From Bacteroidaceae bacterium (GTDB taxonomy: Bacteria > Bacteroidota > Bacteroidia > Bacteroidales > Bacteroidaceae), in assembly GCA_017503235.1 (NCBI GenBank), contig JAFVTL010000141.1:5277-69276 (forward strand): DNA of 64,000 nt, written 5' to 3'. The notes beneath the pieces are model-generated. The model saw only the letters and a program-made list of their open reading frames with translations. It ran no database searches and was not told where the DNA came from. Every line of letters starts with the position of its first letter. Positions within the stretch are counted from its first letter, which is position 1. This document shows, in pieces, positions 50,002 through 61,300 of the stretch. Made by a program: the position numbers and the translations under genes.

Positions 50002-52200
50002 ATGAAGCAACTGATTGTATTGACAATAGGATTATTCCTTTGCATGAAAGGTATGGCAATGCCACAAGAAACTACTCAACGGAAAAAAGTAGGATTGGTG
50101 CTAAGTGGTGGTGGAGCCAAAGGGATGGCACACATCGGAGCCTTGAAAGTTATTGAAGAAGCTGGAATTCCCATTGACTATGTTGTTGGAACCAGTATGG
50201 GGTCCATCATAGGTGGTTTGTATTCCATAGGATATTCTTCCGAGCAACTGGATAGCATGGTAAGGGTGCAGGATTGGACATACTTATTAAGTGATCGCAC
50301 ACCTCGAAGTGACAAGAACATGGCCGAACGTGAAACAGATGAAACATATGTTTTGTCTGTACCCTTCAGTAACATATCCATCAAGGAGGTTACCGGAGGT
50401 ATTATAAAAGGACAGAACATCGGCAACATGTTCAATCATCTAACACTAGGTTATCACGATTCATTGGATTTCAACAAGTTACCAATACCATTCGCTTGTG
50501 TAGCCGAAGATATTGTTACTGGTAATGAGATTGTATTCCACAAGGGGAAATTAGCTACCGCCATGCGTGCAAGTATGGCTATACCAGGAGTATTCACTCC
50601 AGTACGTTTGGACAGTATGGTATTGGTTGATGGAGGAACCATCAACAATTACCCAGTAAATGTAGCTAGAGATATGGGGGCTGATATCATCATAGGTGTG
50701 GATGTACAAAGTGATTTGAAATCGTCCGAAAAGTTGGAAAGTACCGGCGATATATTAGGACAGCTCATCAATCTGATGGGTAAGGAACAATATGTAAAGA
50801 ATCTACAGAATACAGACATTTACATCAAAGTGGATGTGGAAGGCTTTTCTGCTGCCAGTTTTAACAAAGCAGCAATAGACACATTGATTCAACGAGGTAA
50901 AGAAGCGGCTGACAAACAATTATTCCCATTAAAAAAATTAGGTAAAGAATTAGCTGTATGCAACTCGGACAGAAATATATATAAGCCAGTTGACAAAGTA
51001 TATGTCCGAAACATCCATTTCGAAGGAATGGATAGGGACGATGAAGAATGGATTATCAAAAAATGTGATTTGCATGAAAACACGTTGAATGAAGTCCGCC
51101 TCATTGAAGAAGCGACAACCATCATTCGTGCCAATACCAGTTATTCAAGTGCATCCTACAACCTGACCCAAGTAGCCGACAAGGTATACGACTTGACATA
51201 TACACTGAATAAGAAACAAGAAAACCGCATTTATGTAGGAGTTCGATTTGACAACCAGGAAATAGCCAGTGTCCAAATCATGGGTAGAAAAAACCTGGAC
51301 ACCAGGCTCCCCTCCTACATTTCTATGACAGGGAGATTAGGCGAACGCTTTGGAGGAAAATTAAGCTATGGAATCGAAGTTTCACCTCTGGCATCTTTAG
51401 GTTTGTCATACCAATTCCAATACAACGACATTGATTACTACATTCAGGGTGACCGAACTTTCAATTCCGTATTCCGATATCATGTAGGCGATTTGTCTTA
51501 TGCCAACGTATGGCTACGAAACCTTCGCTTCAGTTTAGGGCTTCGCTATGAATTGTATGATTACGACAAGTTCCTTTATATTGAAGACAATACAAACCGC
51601 AATGATGTTAAGGCGGAACATTTCTTTACCTATTATGCCAATTTGCATTACGATACTTACGACAAGGCATATTTCCCATCGAAAGGTGTAAACTTCCGCG
51701 CCGGATATACACTTTATACAGATAATTTCACACAATACGAAGACCACACTCCTTTTTCTGCCGTAGCAGGATACTTTGAAGGTGTCATCCCTGTAACACG
51801 TCGATTTTCTATACTTCCATCATTGGCCGGCCGTTTTCTGATAGGCAGACACATACCTTATTCCAAACAGAACACCATGGGTGGGGATATCATTGAGAGG
51901 TATCTCCCCTATCAATTACCCTTTATGGGCACATCCAATGTCGAGTTGATGGATAACACCCTCATCATTAGCGGTATGAAATTCCGCCAAAGGATGGGTA
52001 GTATCCACTATCTCACATTCGGAATCAATTATGCGCTTAGTAGCCACAAATTGGATGGATTGTTCGACGAAATGAACATGTTCGGTTGTGGAGTATCTTA
52101 TGGAATGGATACCATTTTCGGTCCATTGGAAGCTACCTTGAACTATACCAACCATTCAGATAAATTCAGTTTTTACATCAACTTGGGATATAAATTCTAA
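50002..52200 (+). CDS. Patatin-like phospholipase with C-terminal beta-barrel (PlpD-like)
   Basis: GGGAKG, GTSMG, DGG; aromatic-rich barrel ending LGYKF. Confidence 0.9.
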   Translation: MKQLIVLTIGLFLCMKGMAMPQETTQRKKVGLVLSGGGAKGMAHIGALKVIEEAGIPIDYVVGTSMGSIIGGLYSIGYSSEQLDSMVRVQDWTYLLSDRTPRSDKNMAERETDETYVLSVPFSNISIKEVTGGIIKGQNIGNMFNHLTLGYHDSLDFNKLPIPFACVAEDIVTGNEIVFHKGKLATAMRASMAIPGVFTPVRLDSMVLVDGGTINNYPVNVARDMGADIIIGVDVQSDLKSSEKLESTGDILGQLINLMGKEQYVKNLQNTDIYIKVDVEGFSAASFNKAAIDTLIQRGKEAADKQLFPLKKLGKELAVCNSDRNIYKPVDKVYVRNIHFEGMDRDDEEWIIKKCDLHENTLNEVRLIEEATTIIRANTSYSSASYNLTQVADKVYDLTYTLNKKQENRIYVGVRFDNQEIASVQIMGRKNLDTRLPSYISMTGRLGERFGGKLSYGIEVSPLASLGLSYQFQYNDIDYYIQGDRTFNSVFRYHVGDLSYANVWLRNLRFSLGLRYELYDYDKFLYIEDNTNRNDVKAEHFFTYYANLHYDTYDKAYFPSKGVNFRAGYTLYTDNFTQYEDHTPFSAVAGYFEGVIPVTRRFSILPSLAGRFLIGRHIPYSKQNTMGGDIIERYLPYQLPFMGTSNVELMDNTLIISGMKFRQRMGSIHYLTFGINYALSSHKLDGLFDEMNMFGCGVSYGMDTIFGPLEATLNYTNHSDKFSFYINLGYKF

Positions 52201-52237
52201 AAAGAAAATGGAGGATTTAAGTCCTCCCATTTCTATT

Positions 52238-54235
52238 TTACTTGCGATACATAATCAAGGCTGAGCGTGCCGGAACAGATACTTCCTTACCTTTTACCTT
52301 GCCTAATCCGTTTAAATTGATTGTTCCGTCTTTACATACAATGGTATACTCACCAGGTGGAATGGTAACCATAGCGGTTTCTGGTCGACTATTGAATGCA
52401 ACAACAATATCCTTCCATTCATCCCCATTGGCATGATCCTTCAACATAAATGCTATGAGATTGGAACCTTCAACCGGCAAGAATTCCATGTGTTTACGAA
52501 CCAACTCTGCATCTCCCATTCGGAAAGCTGGATGTGCTTTGCGTAAAGCAATCAGATTCTTGATATAATTGAATACATCTTTATGCATCGATTTGTTTTT
52601 CCATTCAACGGTATTGATGCTGTCCGGACTATTGTATGAATTATGAACCCCTTTCTTGTCGCGCAAGACCTCATCACCTGTAAAGATGAATGGAACACCT
52701 TGAGACGTAAAGACAAAAGTCTCAGCCAATTTATGTAATGCAGCACGTTCTTCTTCAGTTGCATCAGGAGTGGTTGCTTTAATTCGGTCAGCCAGACACA
52801 TATCATCATGACAACTTACATAACTTATCATTTGAGTGGGTTGTAATGCCCAAGGTTTCTGGCTATAGTTTACTGAATCATTGACTATCTGAGGATGTTC
52901 GATACAGCCGACCAATCCATACATGATACTCATTTCATGCCCCGATTCTCCAATCAAGAAAGCACCGTCGTGGTCATCGCTGAACGGGCCACGGAGTCCG
53001 TCACGCATTTCATCACAGAAGACAGCGATACCCGGCATCTTGTACGCATTGGCCTTCATAGCAAGTTCTTCTTGTGACAATTGAGGTGCACTGGCTGCCC
53101 ATCCTTCACCATAAATAAATATGCTGGGATCTATTTGATTGAGTTCGGCACGTATCTGATTCATTGTCTCAAGATCATGAATGCCCATCAAGTCGAAACG
53201 GAAACCATCAATATGATATTCATTGACCCAATGCAATACAGATTCAATCATGTACTTACGCATCATGGCACGATCACTGGCTGTTTCATTTCCACAACCA
53301 GAAGCATCGGCATAATTGCCTTTCTCATTGAAACGATAGAAATAGCCTGGAACGGTCTTTTCAAAGTTACTGTTCTTGATGTCAAACGTATGATTATAGA
53401 CAACATCAAGTATAACACGAATGCCCGCCTTATGAAGCGCTTGTACCATTTGCTTGAATTCCTTAATACGGACAGCCGGATTATAAGGGTCTGTAGCATA
53501 CGAGCCATCGGGAACATTATAATTCACCGGGTCATATCCCCAATTGTATTGAGCCTTATTCAAATTGCTTTCATCCACAGAAGCATAGTCGTAAGAAGGA
53601 AGGATATGTACATGATTGATGCCCAATTCTTTCAGGTGGTCAATACCTGTTTTTTCTCCTTCTGCACTTTTTGTACCTTCTTCGGTCAATGCCAAGAACT
53701 TCCCTTTATTTTCAATGCCTGAAAGCGAGTCGATGGAAAAATCACGGTGATGCATCTCATAAATCACCACATCGGCAAAGTTATCCAAAGCCGGTCGTAC
53801 ATCTTCATCCCAACCTTCCGGATTCGTTGTAGAAAGGTCAAGAATGGCAGCTCTGCGACCATTTACACCAACAGCCTTGGCCATAATACCTGGAGTATCA
53901 CCCAACCATTGGCCGTTCATCTTTACATTAAAAGTATAGAACTTTCCGTTCAAGTCTTCCTCCACCTGAGCACTCCAAGTTCCATCAGTGCCCATCTGCA
54001 TTGGAATAGTTTGATAGGCAGAACCTTCATGTCCCGATTCATATAACAGCACCTTCACTTCATCGGCCATTGGCGACCATAAAAAGAACTTGGTTTCAGC
54101 AGGAGAATATTCCAATTCAGTCAGTTCACCTTCACGTACCGGATAATTCTCGAAATCAGAGCTGTTTTTCTTAACAGATTGGCAACTGATAGCCGTTGTG
54201 ACAATCGATGCCAGGATTACATTCTTTACGTTCAT
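52238..54235 (-). CDS. pulA: Type I pullulanase (GH13), lipoprotein
   Basis: YNWGYDP, DVVYNH, GFRFDLMG, YGEGW, SCHDD; lipobox AISC. Confidence 0.95.
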   Translation of the reverse strand: MNVKNVILASIVTTAISCQSVKKNSSDFENYPVREGELTELEYSPAETKFFLWSPMADEVKVLLYESGHEGSAYQTIPMQMGTDGTWSAQVEEDLNGKFYTFNVKMNGQWLGDTPGIMAKAVGVNGRRAAILDLSTTNPEGWDEDVRPALDNFADVVIYEMHHRDFSIDSLSGIENKGKFLALTEEGTKSAEGEKTGIDHLKELGINHVHILPSYDYASVDESNLNKAQYNWGYDPVNYNVPDGSYATDPYNPAVRIKEFKQMVQALHKAGIRVILDVVYNHTFDIKNSNFEKTVPGYFYRFNEKGNYADASGCGNETASDRAMMRKYMIESVLHWVNEYHIDGFRFDLMGIHDLETMNQIRAELNQIDPSIFIYGEGWAASAPQLSQEELAMKANAYKMPGIAVFCDEMRDGLRGPFSDDHDGAFLIGESGHEMSIMYGLVGCIEHPQIVNDSVNYSQKPWALQPTQMISYVSCHDDMCLADRIKATTPDATEEERAALHKLAETFVFTSQGVPFIFTGDEVLRDKKGVHNSYNSPDSINTVEWKNKSMHKDVFNYIKNLIALRKAHPAFRMGDAELVRKHMEFLPVEGSNLIAFMLKDHANGDEWKDIVVAFNSRPETAMVTIPPGEYTIVCKDGTINLNGLGKVKGKEVSVPARSALIMYRK

Positions 54236-54239
54236 TTTT

Positions 54240-54809
54240 TCACTTGATTATTTTATTAGGGTTCTTGGTTATAAAATCTTTCCAACTAGTATACGCCTTT
54301 TCCATCTGCGGACGGTTCATTTGCAGATAATGGCAATAAGCAGCCGCCAACGCATCCGTCGCATCGAAAAAGGGTCCCGTCATATCATCGTTCATCTTCA
54401 ACAGACGTTTCAACATATCTGCCACCTGCTCCTTACTGGCTTGTCCATTACCCGTAATGGCCATTTTAATCTTTAAAGGGGCATATTCAGTAATCGGAAT
54501 ATCTTTTTCCAAAGCAGCCGACATGGCTACTCCTTGTGCTCTACCTAATTTAAGCATTGACTGTACATTTTTCCCAAAGAAAGGTGCCTCAATAGCCAGT
54601 TCATCGGGCAGATAGGAAGAGATGATTCCTTGAACTCGTTCATGTATATGAGCCAACTTCAAATAGTGATTGGCATATTTACGTAAGTCTATGACCCCTA
54701 AGGTTACAACATGTGGCTTCGAGTCAACAATATGTAACACCCCATAACCCATCAGATTGGTTCCTGGGTCAATCCCTAATATCACTTTATCCTTGATGGG
54801 TTGCTTCAC
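54240..54809 (-). CDS. ruvC: Holliday junction resolvase
   Basis: ILGIDPG, AIEAPF, KLGRAQG, DATDALA. Confidence 0.96.
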   Translation of the reverse strand: MKQPIKDKVILGIDPGTNLMGYGVLHIVDSKPHVVTLGVIDLRKYANHYLKLAHIHERVQGIISSYLPDELAIEAPFFGKNVQSMLKLGRAQGVAMSAALEKDIPITEYAPLKIKMAITGNGQASKEQVADMLKRLLKMNDDMTGPFFDATDALAAAYCHYLQMNRPQMEKAYTSWKDFITKNPNKIIK

Positions 54810-55111
54810 TTGATGACCTCCATTAGCGTGGGGAATCCTACCACTTTATCCTTGAATACCTTCATCATTTCTTCATTCAATTTCATACCTTGTTCGGTAT
54901 GCCAGCGATGAAGGACTGCACTGTCTTCCACCTCCCATTGCAGAGAGAAACATTCACTATCACTTTCCTGATGACTCAATATTTGTGTCAGACGAGGATT
55001 CTTCAACATCCCGTGTTGCTCCACTTGTGGCATATAACCTTCCGTCAGCCAAATGACGAAATTACGTGCATCATTTATATCAACTTGAAAAGTCGTATTA
55101 TATATCAACAT
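54806..55111 (-). CDS. DUF4286 family protein
   Basis: [21 protein letters not shown]; usual ruvC neighbour in Bacteroidetes. Confidence 0.8.
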   Translation of the reverse strand: MLIYNTTFQVDINDARNFVIWLTEGYMPQVEQHGMLKNPRLTQILSHQESDSECFSLQWEVEDSAVLHRWHTEQGMKLNEEMMKVFKDKVVGFPTLMEVIK

Positions 55112-55296
55112 AGTCTTCTATTATTGTTTTCAAGACAAAGATAATGAATTTACAGAGAAAGGCTATGCAAATGCATGAAACATTTGCATAGCCTAACAAT
55201 AATTAGATAATATATAGATGAGTTTATAAATGTATTCCAATTTCGAATAACATATCCTAATAATTATACAACAGAAACAAGAAAACAAGCAAAACA

Positions 55297-55328
55297 TTTG
55301 CACAATTCCATTTTACGGCGTATATTTG
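55297..55328 (+). promoter_or_regulatory. Bacteroidetes sigma-70 promoter of tRNA-Ala
   Basis: TTTG (-33) then 20 nt then TATATTTG (-7). Confidence 0.8.
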
Positions 55329-55344
55329 CACCGGAATTAAGAAA

Positions 55345-55418
55345 GGGGCATTAGCTCATCTGGCTAGAGCGTTAGACTGGCAGTCTAAAGGTGACGAGTT
55401 CGAGTCTCGTATGCTCCA
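55345..55418 (+). tRNA. tRNA-Ala(GGC)
   Basis: GGGGCAT/ATGCTCC acceptor stem with G3:U70, anticodon arm TTAGA-CTGGCAG-TCTAA, GTTCGA T-loop. Confidence 0.96.
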
Positions 55419-55427
55419 CATTTCAAT

Positions 55428-55455
55428 AGGTTGGTAGTTTTGCCAACCTTTTTTT
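55428..55455 (+). terminator. tRNA terminator
   Basis: AGGTTGGTA-GTTT-TGCCAACCT followed by a T-run. Confidence 0.75.
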
Positions 55456-55474
55456 GTCTCATAAATCACACATC

Positions 55475-57823
55475 ATGAAAAGACTCACCATCCTCCTCGG
55501 GCTTGTCCTTATGACTATACAGCCCCTCACCATGAACGCACAAACTTCGGGCAACCGCTTCGAAGCCGGTAAAGGAACCTTTCTCCTCAACGGAGAACCC
55601 TTCGTCGTCAAAGCAGCCGAGTTGCACTATCCACGCATCCCCCGCCCCTATTGGGACCAACGCATCAAGCTCTGCAAGGCACTCGGCATGAACACCGTCT
55701 GTCTGTATGTATTTTGGAATGCACACGAATCCCAACCGGGTGTATTCAACTTTGAAGGCCAGAATGACCTGGCTGCCTTCTGCGAACTTTGCAAGGACAA
55801 CGACATGTATGTCATCCTGCGGCCCGGCCCATACGTTTGCGCTGAATGGGAAATGGGTGGCCTTCCCTGGTGGTTGCTGAAGAAGAAAGACATCCGTTTG
55901 CGCGAAGACGACCCCTACTTTATGGAACGTGTAGCCATCTTTGAAGAGGCCGTAGCCAATCAGGTGAAACACCTCACCATTCAAAACGGAGGCCCCATCA
56001 TCATGGTGCAAGTGGAAAACGAATATGGCTCCTATGGCATCAACAAGAAATATGTTTCTGAAGTGCGCGACATTGTCCGAAAGAACTTTGGCGAGGTTAC
56101 CCTCTTCCAATGCGACTGGGCTTCCAACTTCACCAACAACGGTTTGGGCGACCTCATCTGGACGATGAACTTCGGTACGGGTGCCGACATCGACCAACAA
56201 TTCGCAAAGCTGAAACAGCTTCGTCCCGACAGCCCTTTGATGTGTAGTGAATTCTGGAGCGGATGGTTTGACAAATGGGGAGCCAACCACGAAACCCGTC
56301 CGGCTTCGGATATGATAGCCGGCATCGATGAAATGCTCTCCAAGGGCATCTCCTTCAGTCTCTACATGACACACGGTGGCACCAACTGGGGACATTGGGC
56401 AGGCGCCAACTCACCGGGATTTGCCCCCGATGTAACCTCTTATGACTACGATGCACCCATCAGCGAAAGCGGACAGACCACTCCGAAATATTGGGAGCTC
56501 CGCAAGACACTCGCAAAGTACATGGACGGAAAGAAACAGGCCAAAGTACCTGCGCTCATCAAGCCCATCGCCATTCCTGCCTTCCGACTGACCGAAGTGG
56601 CACCGCTCTTCGACAATCTCCCGACTCCTCGTCACGATAATGACATCAAGACTATAGAAGAATACGACCAAGGCTTCGGCAGCATCCTCTATCGCACTTC
56701 CCTCCCCGAACTCAAGACACAATCCGTCTTGAAAATGGATGCGCACGACTACACCCAAGTGTTCGTCGATGGAGTGCTGGTAGGCAAGATTGACCGCCGA
56801 CTGGGAGAAAAGGAAATCACCCTTCCCCCTTGCCGGAAAGGTGCCCGACTCGATATCCTCGTCGAAGCCATGGGACGCATCAACTTCGGTCGTGCCATCA
56901 AGGATTTCAAGGGCATTGTCGGAAAGGTGGAACTGACTATCGACGTACAAGGCCGTCCGTTCGTATGCGATATGAAGAATTGGGAAGTGTTCAACATCGA
57001 GGATCGGCTGGAGACCTATCAAAACATGAACTTCCAACCGATTCAATCGTTGACCGACAAACACGGCCAACGCATCCCCGGGGTATATCGCGGCACCTTC
57101 AAGATCGGCAAGCCCAGTGACACCTTCTTCAACTTCGAGACATGGGGTAAAGGATTGGTGTATGTCAACGGACATGCCATGGGTCGCATTTGGGAAATCG
57201 GTCCTCAGCAGACACTCTACATCCCCGGCTGTTGGCTGAAGAAAGGCGAGAATGAAATCCTGGTGTTCGACATCGTGGGACCGAAGGATGTAACCTGTGA
57301 AGGATTGCGCGAACCGCTGATAGACAATCTACAGATTACAAAGCCTTTAAAGCACGACGATTCCTCCATCTTGAACAAAGTCGACCTGTCAAAAGTAACC
57401 CTTGCGTCCGAAGGTAGTTTCGCACCCGGCAACGGATGGCAGGAAGTGAAGTTCAACCAACCCATCAAGGCACGTTACGTCGGTTTGCTCGCCCATAATG
57501 CACAGGATGAAAAGGGAATTGCATCCATTGCCGAGCTCTATCTGTTGGATGAAGACGGCGAACGCCTCTCACGCGAGCCATGGACCGTCCTCTATGCCGA
57601 TAGCGAAGACACTTCGAGCAAGAACTGCACCGCCGACAAGGTGTTCGACCTTCAGGAATCCACCTATTGGAAAACCGAGCGTCACAAACCCTTCCCCCAC
57701 TATCTCATCATCGACCTCGGCGAAGTCCACACCCTCACCGGTGCACAATACCTCCCCCGCATGGAGTCCCAGACCCCCGGCAGCATCAAGGACTTCCAAA
57801 TTCTGGTTAGCGAGGAGTTATAA
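55475..57823 (+). CDS. GH35 beta-galactosidase with C-terminal F5/8-type region
   Basis: ELHYPRIP, LRPGPYVCAEWEMGG, QVENEYG, SEFWSGWF, TSYDYDAP, GPQQTLY; signal peptide. Confidence 0.94.
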   Translation: MKRLTILLGLVLMTIQPLTMNAQTSGNRFEAGKGTFLLNGEPFVVKAAELHYPRIPRPYWDQRIKLCKALGMNTVCLYVFWNAHESQPGVFNFEGQNDLAAFCELCKDNDMYVILRPGPYVCAEWEMGGLPWWLLKKKDIRLREDDPYFMERVAIFEEAVANQVKHLTIQNGGPIIMVQVENEYGSYGINKKYVSEVRDIVRKNFGEVTLFQCDWASNFTNNGLGDLIWTMNFGTGADIDQQFAKLKQLRPDSPLMCSEFWSGWFDKWGANHETRPASDMIAGIDEMLSKGISFSLYMTHGGTNWGHWAGANSPGFAPDVTSYDYDAPISESGQTTPKYWELRKTLAKYMDGKKQAKVPALIKPIAIPAFRLTEVAPLFDNLPTPRHDNDIKTIEEYDQGFGSILYRTSLPELKTQSVLKMDAHDYTQVFVDGVLVGKIDRRLGEKEITLPPCRKGARLDILVEAMGRINFGRAIKDFKGIVGKVELTIDVQGRPFVCDMKNWEVFNIEDRLETYQNMNFQPIQSLTDKHGQRIPGVYRGTFKIGKPSDTFFNFETWGKGLVYVNGHAMGRIWEIGPQQTLYIPGCWLKKGENEILVFDIVGPKDVTCEGLREPLIDNLQITKPLKHDDSSILNKVDLSKVTLASEGSFAPGNGWQEVKFNQPIKARYVGLLAHNAQDEKGIASIAELYLLDEDGERLSREPWTVLYADSEDTSSKNCTADKVFDLQESTYWKTERHKPFPHYLIIDLGEVHTLTGAQYLPRMESQTPGSIKDFQILVSEEL

Positions 57824-57835
57824 AACAACTTTGCA

Positions 57836-58141
57836 AAAACATCAGTCAAAAGTGTCAGCGGGGGTTAACTATCTGAATGACAGCACCCATTCCTGACATT
57901 TTTGGCTGATTTATGCGTTTCAAATAAATCAGGAATCACCCGATGCATCACCTTCAATGGATAAAGCTATGCTTTATCAACCGCAAATCAATGCTTTACA
58001 CCCGATAAGCCTATACCTTTACTCCCCACCATCATATACACATCCTGATTCTTTCAGACTCAAAAAATCAGCATAAAAAGTCAGTAATTGCCATTGACTA
58101 TCAACACATTATCCCCTCCTGACACTTTTGACACATGTTTT
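57836..58141. mobile_element. MITE-like non-coding element with long imperfect terminal inverted repeats
   Basis: 77-bp arms at 57836-57912 and 58065-58141 align ungapped (55/77 by hand count). Internal 22-bp-period AAAGCnATGCTTT-like units. Confidence 0.55.
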
Positions 58142-58223
58142 CATAAACTAATTAAAACTCAGTACTATAAAGACGTCCTAACTCATAACCAAAAAATCTT
58201 CTTATCTTTGTCACAAAAGCGAA

Positions 58224-58293
58224 GATAGGATGCGGTTCGGGATAAAATCAAGCAAGCTTGATTGTTCTCCGCTCACCTTTCACTATCTTTGCA
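58224..58293 (+). repeat. Promoter-bearing hairpin repeat, copy 2
   Basis: GATAGGATGCGGTTCGGGATAAAATCAAGCAAGCTTGATTGTTCTCCGCTCACCTTTCACTATCTTTGCA. Confidence 0.85.
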
Positions 58294-58313
58294 GAAAGGA
58301 AAATAGATTTATC

Positions 58314-61300
58314 ATGGCAAACACCTCCCAACTTCTCGTTTACAAGGCATCGGCCGGATCGGGCAAGACCTTTACCCTGGCCGTGGAGTATATGAAGATG
58401 CTTATCCGCAACCCACGAGCCTATCGGAACATCCTGGCCGTGACCTTCACCAACAAGGCCACCACGGAGATGAAGGAACGCATCTTGGGTCAACTGTACG
58501 GAATCAGCATCGGTGACAAAGATTCCAAGCCTTACTTAAACAAGCTGATGGAAGAGTTGAACATGGAGGAAGCCGAAATCAGACAAAAGGCGGATGAAGC
58601 CCTGACGAGGATGATTCATGATTACAGCCGCTTCCGAGTGGAGACCATCGACTCCTTCTTCCAATCGGTGATGCGCAATCTGGCCCGCGAACTGGAACTG
58701 GGTGCCAACCTGAACATCGACCTCGACAATCTGAATGCATTGAGCGAAGCGGTTGACTCGCTGATAGAGAAGCTTGACCGCAACTCGCCCGTACTCTATT
58801 GGCTGCTCGAATATATCGACGAGCGGATACAAAACGACAAGCAATGGAAGGTGGCCAAAGAAATCAAAGACTTCGGAAGGGACATCTTCAAGGAGGAATA
58901 CATCGAAAAGAGTCCGGCACTGAAGAAGACATTAGCCGACAAGGACTGCATCAAAAACTATCGGAAGACGCTGAATGAGTTGAAGACAGAGGCGGTGGAA
59001 CAGATGAAGGGATTCGGCCAGCAGTTTATGGACACGTTGGATATGAACGGGCTTAGCGTGGCCGATTTCAGCTACAAAGAAAGCGGTGTGGCCGGTTACT
59101 TCCTCAAGCTTCAGGCGGGAAACACAGCCAATAATATATTAGGTACGCGCGTGAAGGACTGCATGAACGATGCATCGAAGTGGGTTGGGAAGACCCACAA
59201 ACGGAAGAATGAAATCACGGCTTTGGTCGAAAGGGAATTGATTCCCCTACTGAACGAAGCGGAGAAACTGCGGGGGAAGAACAACCGAATCATCCATTCG
59301 TGTGACCTCTCCCTGCAACATGCCAACAACGTACGCTTGCTGGCCAACATCGACGAGGAGATGCGTCTGCTGAACGAAGAAAAGAACCGCTTCCTGTTGG
59401 CCGACACCAATGCCCTACTCCATCAGATTGTCCGCGAAGGCGACCCTTCGTTCGTCTTTGAGAAGATAGGTTCAAACATCCGCCACGTCATGATAGACGA
59501 GTTTCAGGACACCTCGCGCATGCAATGGGACAACTTCAAGCTGTTGCTGCTGGAAGGATTGGCACAAGGAGCCGACAGCCTGATAGTGGGTGACGTGAAA
59601 CAATCCATCTACCGATGGAGGAACGGTGACTGGAACATCCTGAACAACCTGAAGAAAAAGATAGAGGCATTCAAGGTGGAGGAAAAGACGCTCGACACCA
59701 ACCGGCGAAGCAAGGCACGCATTGTCAGGTTCAACAACGACTTCTTCACCGCTGCCTGTGAAGGGTTGAACGAAAAATATCGCGAAGAGCAAAACGAGGA
59801 TTGCAAAGAACTGAAGCAAGCCTACCAGGACGTGGTACAGAAGACCACCGATCGGGAAGAGAAGGGTTCGGTCAAAGTGACCCTCCTCAGTAAGAAGGAG
59901 GAAACTGGTTACGAAGAAGATACCCTGCAGCAATTGGCACAAGAAGTGGAGAGTCTGATGGAGCAAGGGGAAACGCTGAACAACCTGGCTATCCTGATTC
60001 GATATAACCGGATGATTCCGTTGATAGCCGATTACTTCGACAAGCATACCCCCTACCGGATTGTGTCCGATGAGGCTTTCCGACTGGATGCTTCATTGGC
60101 CATCTGCATGATGCTGGATGCACTCCGCTACCTGAACAACCCTGACAACCGCATAGCCAAGGCACAACTGGCAGCAGCCTATCAGAACGAAGTACTGAAA
60201 AAAGGCCTCGACCTGAACAGCTTGCTGCTTCACGACCTGGAAGTTTATCTTCCAGCCGAATTTGTGGAACAAACCGACACTTTGCGCCTGATGCCACTCT
60301 ATGAGTTGTTGGAAAAGCTGTTCAACCTCTTCCAATTGTCGCTCATCGAGGAGCAGGATGCCTACCTGTTCTCGTTCTTCGACAAGGTGAATGAATATCT
60401 AAAGGACCATTCCTCCGAACTGACCGCCTTTATTCACCATTGGGAGGAAAACTTGTGCAGCAAAACCATCCCATCGGGCGAGATAGAAGGTATCCGCATC
60501 CTCTCCATCCACAAATCAAAAGGATTGGAATACCCGACGGTACTCATTCCCTTCTGTGACTGGAAGATGGAGAACAGCAAGGTGAGCCATGTGTGGTGTG
60601 CCCCCCAGGAATCGCCCTTCAATGCCCTCGACCTGGTACCCATCAACTATGGACCCGCCATGGATGAGTCGGTGTATCACGAGGATTTCCTTAAAGAAAG
60701 GTTACAGCTATGGGTGGACAACCTGAATCTGTTGTACGTTGCCTTTACCCGTCCGAAGGCCAACCTCATTGTGTGGGGAAAGCAGGACAAAGCACAAGGA
60801 ACTGTTTCGGAACTGTTGGCACAAGCCCTGCCGCAAACCTCTTGCACGGAGCAAGAAACGGAAAATGGGAACAAGGTGTATGAATGGGGTGAGCTATGTA
60901 CTACGCAAGCGGAAGAAGAAAAGGAGATTACCAATAAGTTGTTGGTAAAGCCTGAAGGTGTGGACGTATGGATGGAGAGTCTTGACACCCAGATTGAATT
61001 CAAGCAATCCAATCGTTCGACAGATTTCATCCAAGGGGAAGAGGTGGACCAACAAAAATACATCCAGCAAGGGGAATTGCTTCACCAGCTGTTTGCCTAT
61101 CTCCGTACCACTGAGGACCTATCGACGGCACTGAAAAGGTTACGCATGGAAGGGGTCATCACCTCGGACGAACAGGAGAAGGAAATAGAGAAGTTGGCTA
61201 ACTGGGCCTTGGGCCATCCCAAGGTGAAGGAATGGTTTACGGGGGATTGGGAACTGTATAACGAATGTACCATCATCAGTACATACAAGGGAAAAGTCAA

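Noticed and set aside
55160-55194. Perfect hairpin AGGCTATGCAAATG..CATTTGCATAGCCT as an ncRNA
   Set aside because: Isolated hairpin in a divergent intergenic region with no second copy or other support; function cannot be assigned.
55345-57823. Island integrated at tRNA-Ala carrying the GH35 gene
   Set aside because: No integrase and no duplicated tRNA 3' end seen; the tRNA terminator is intact.
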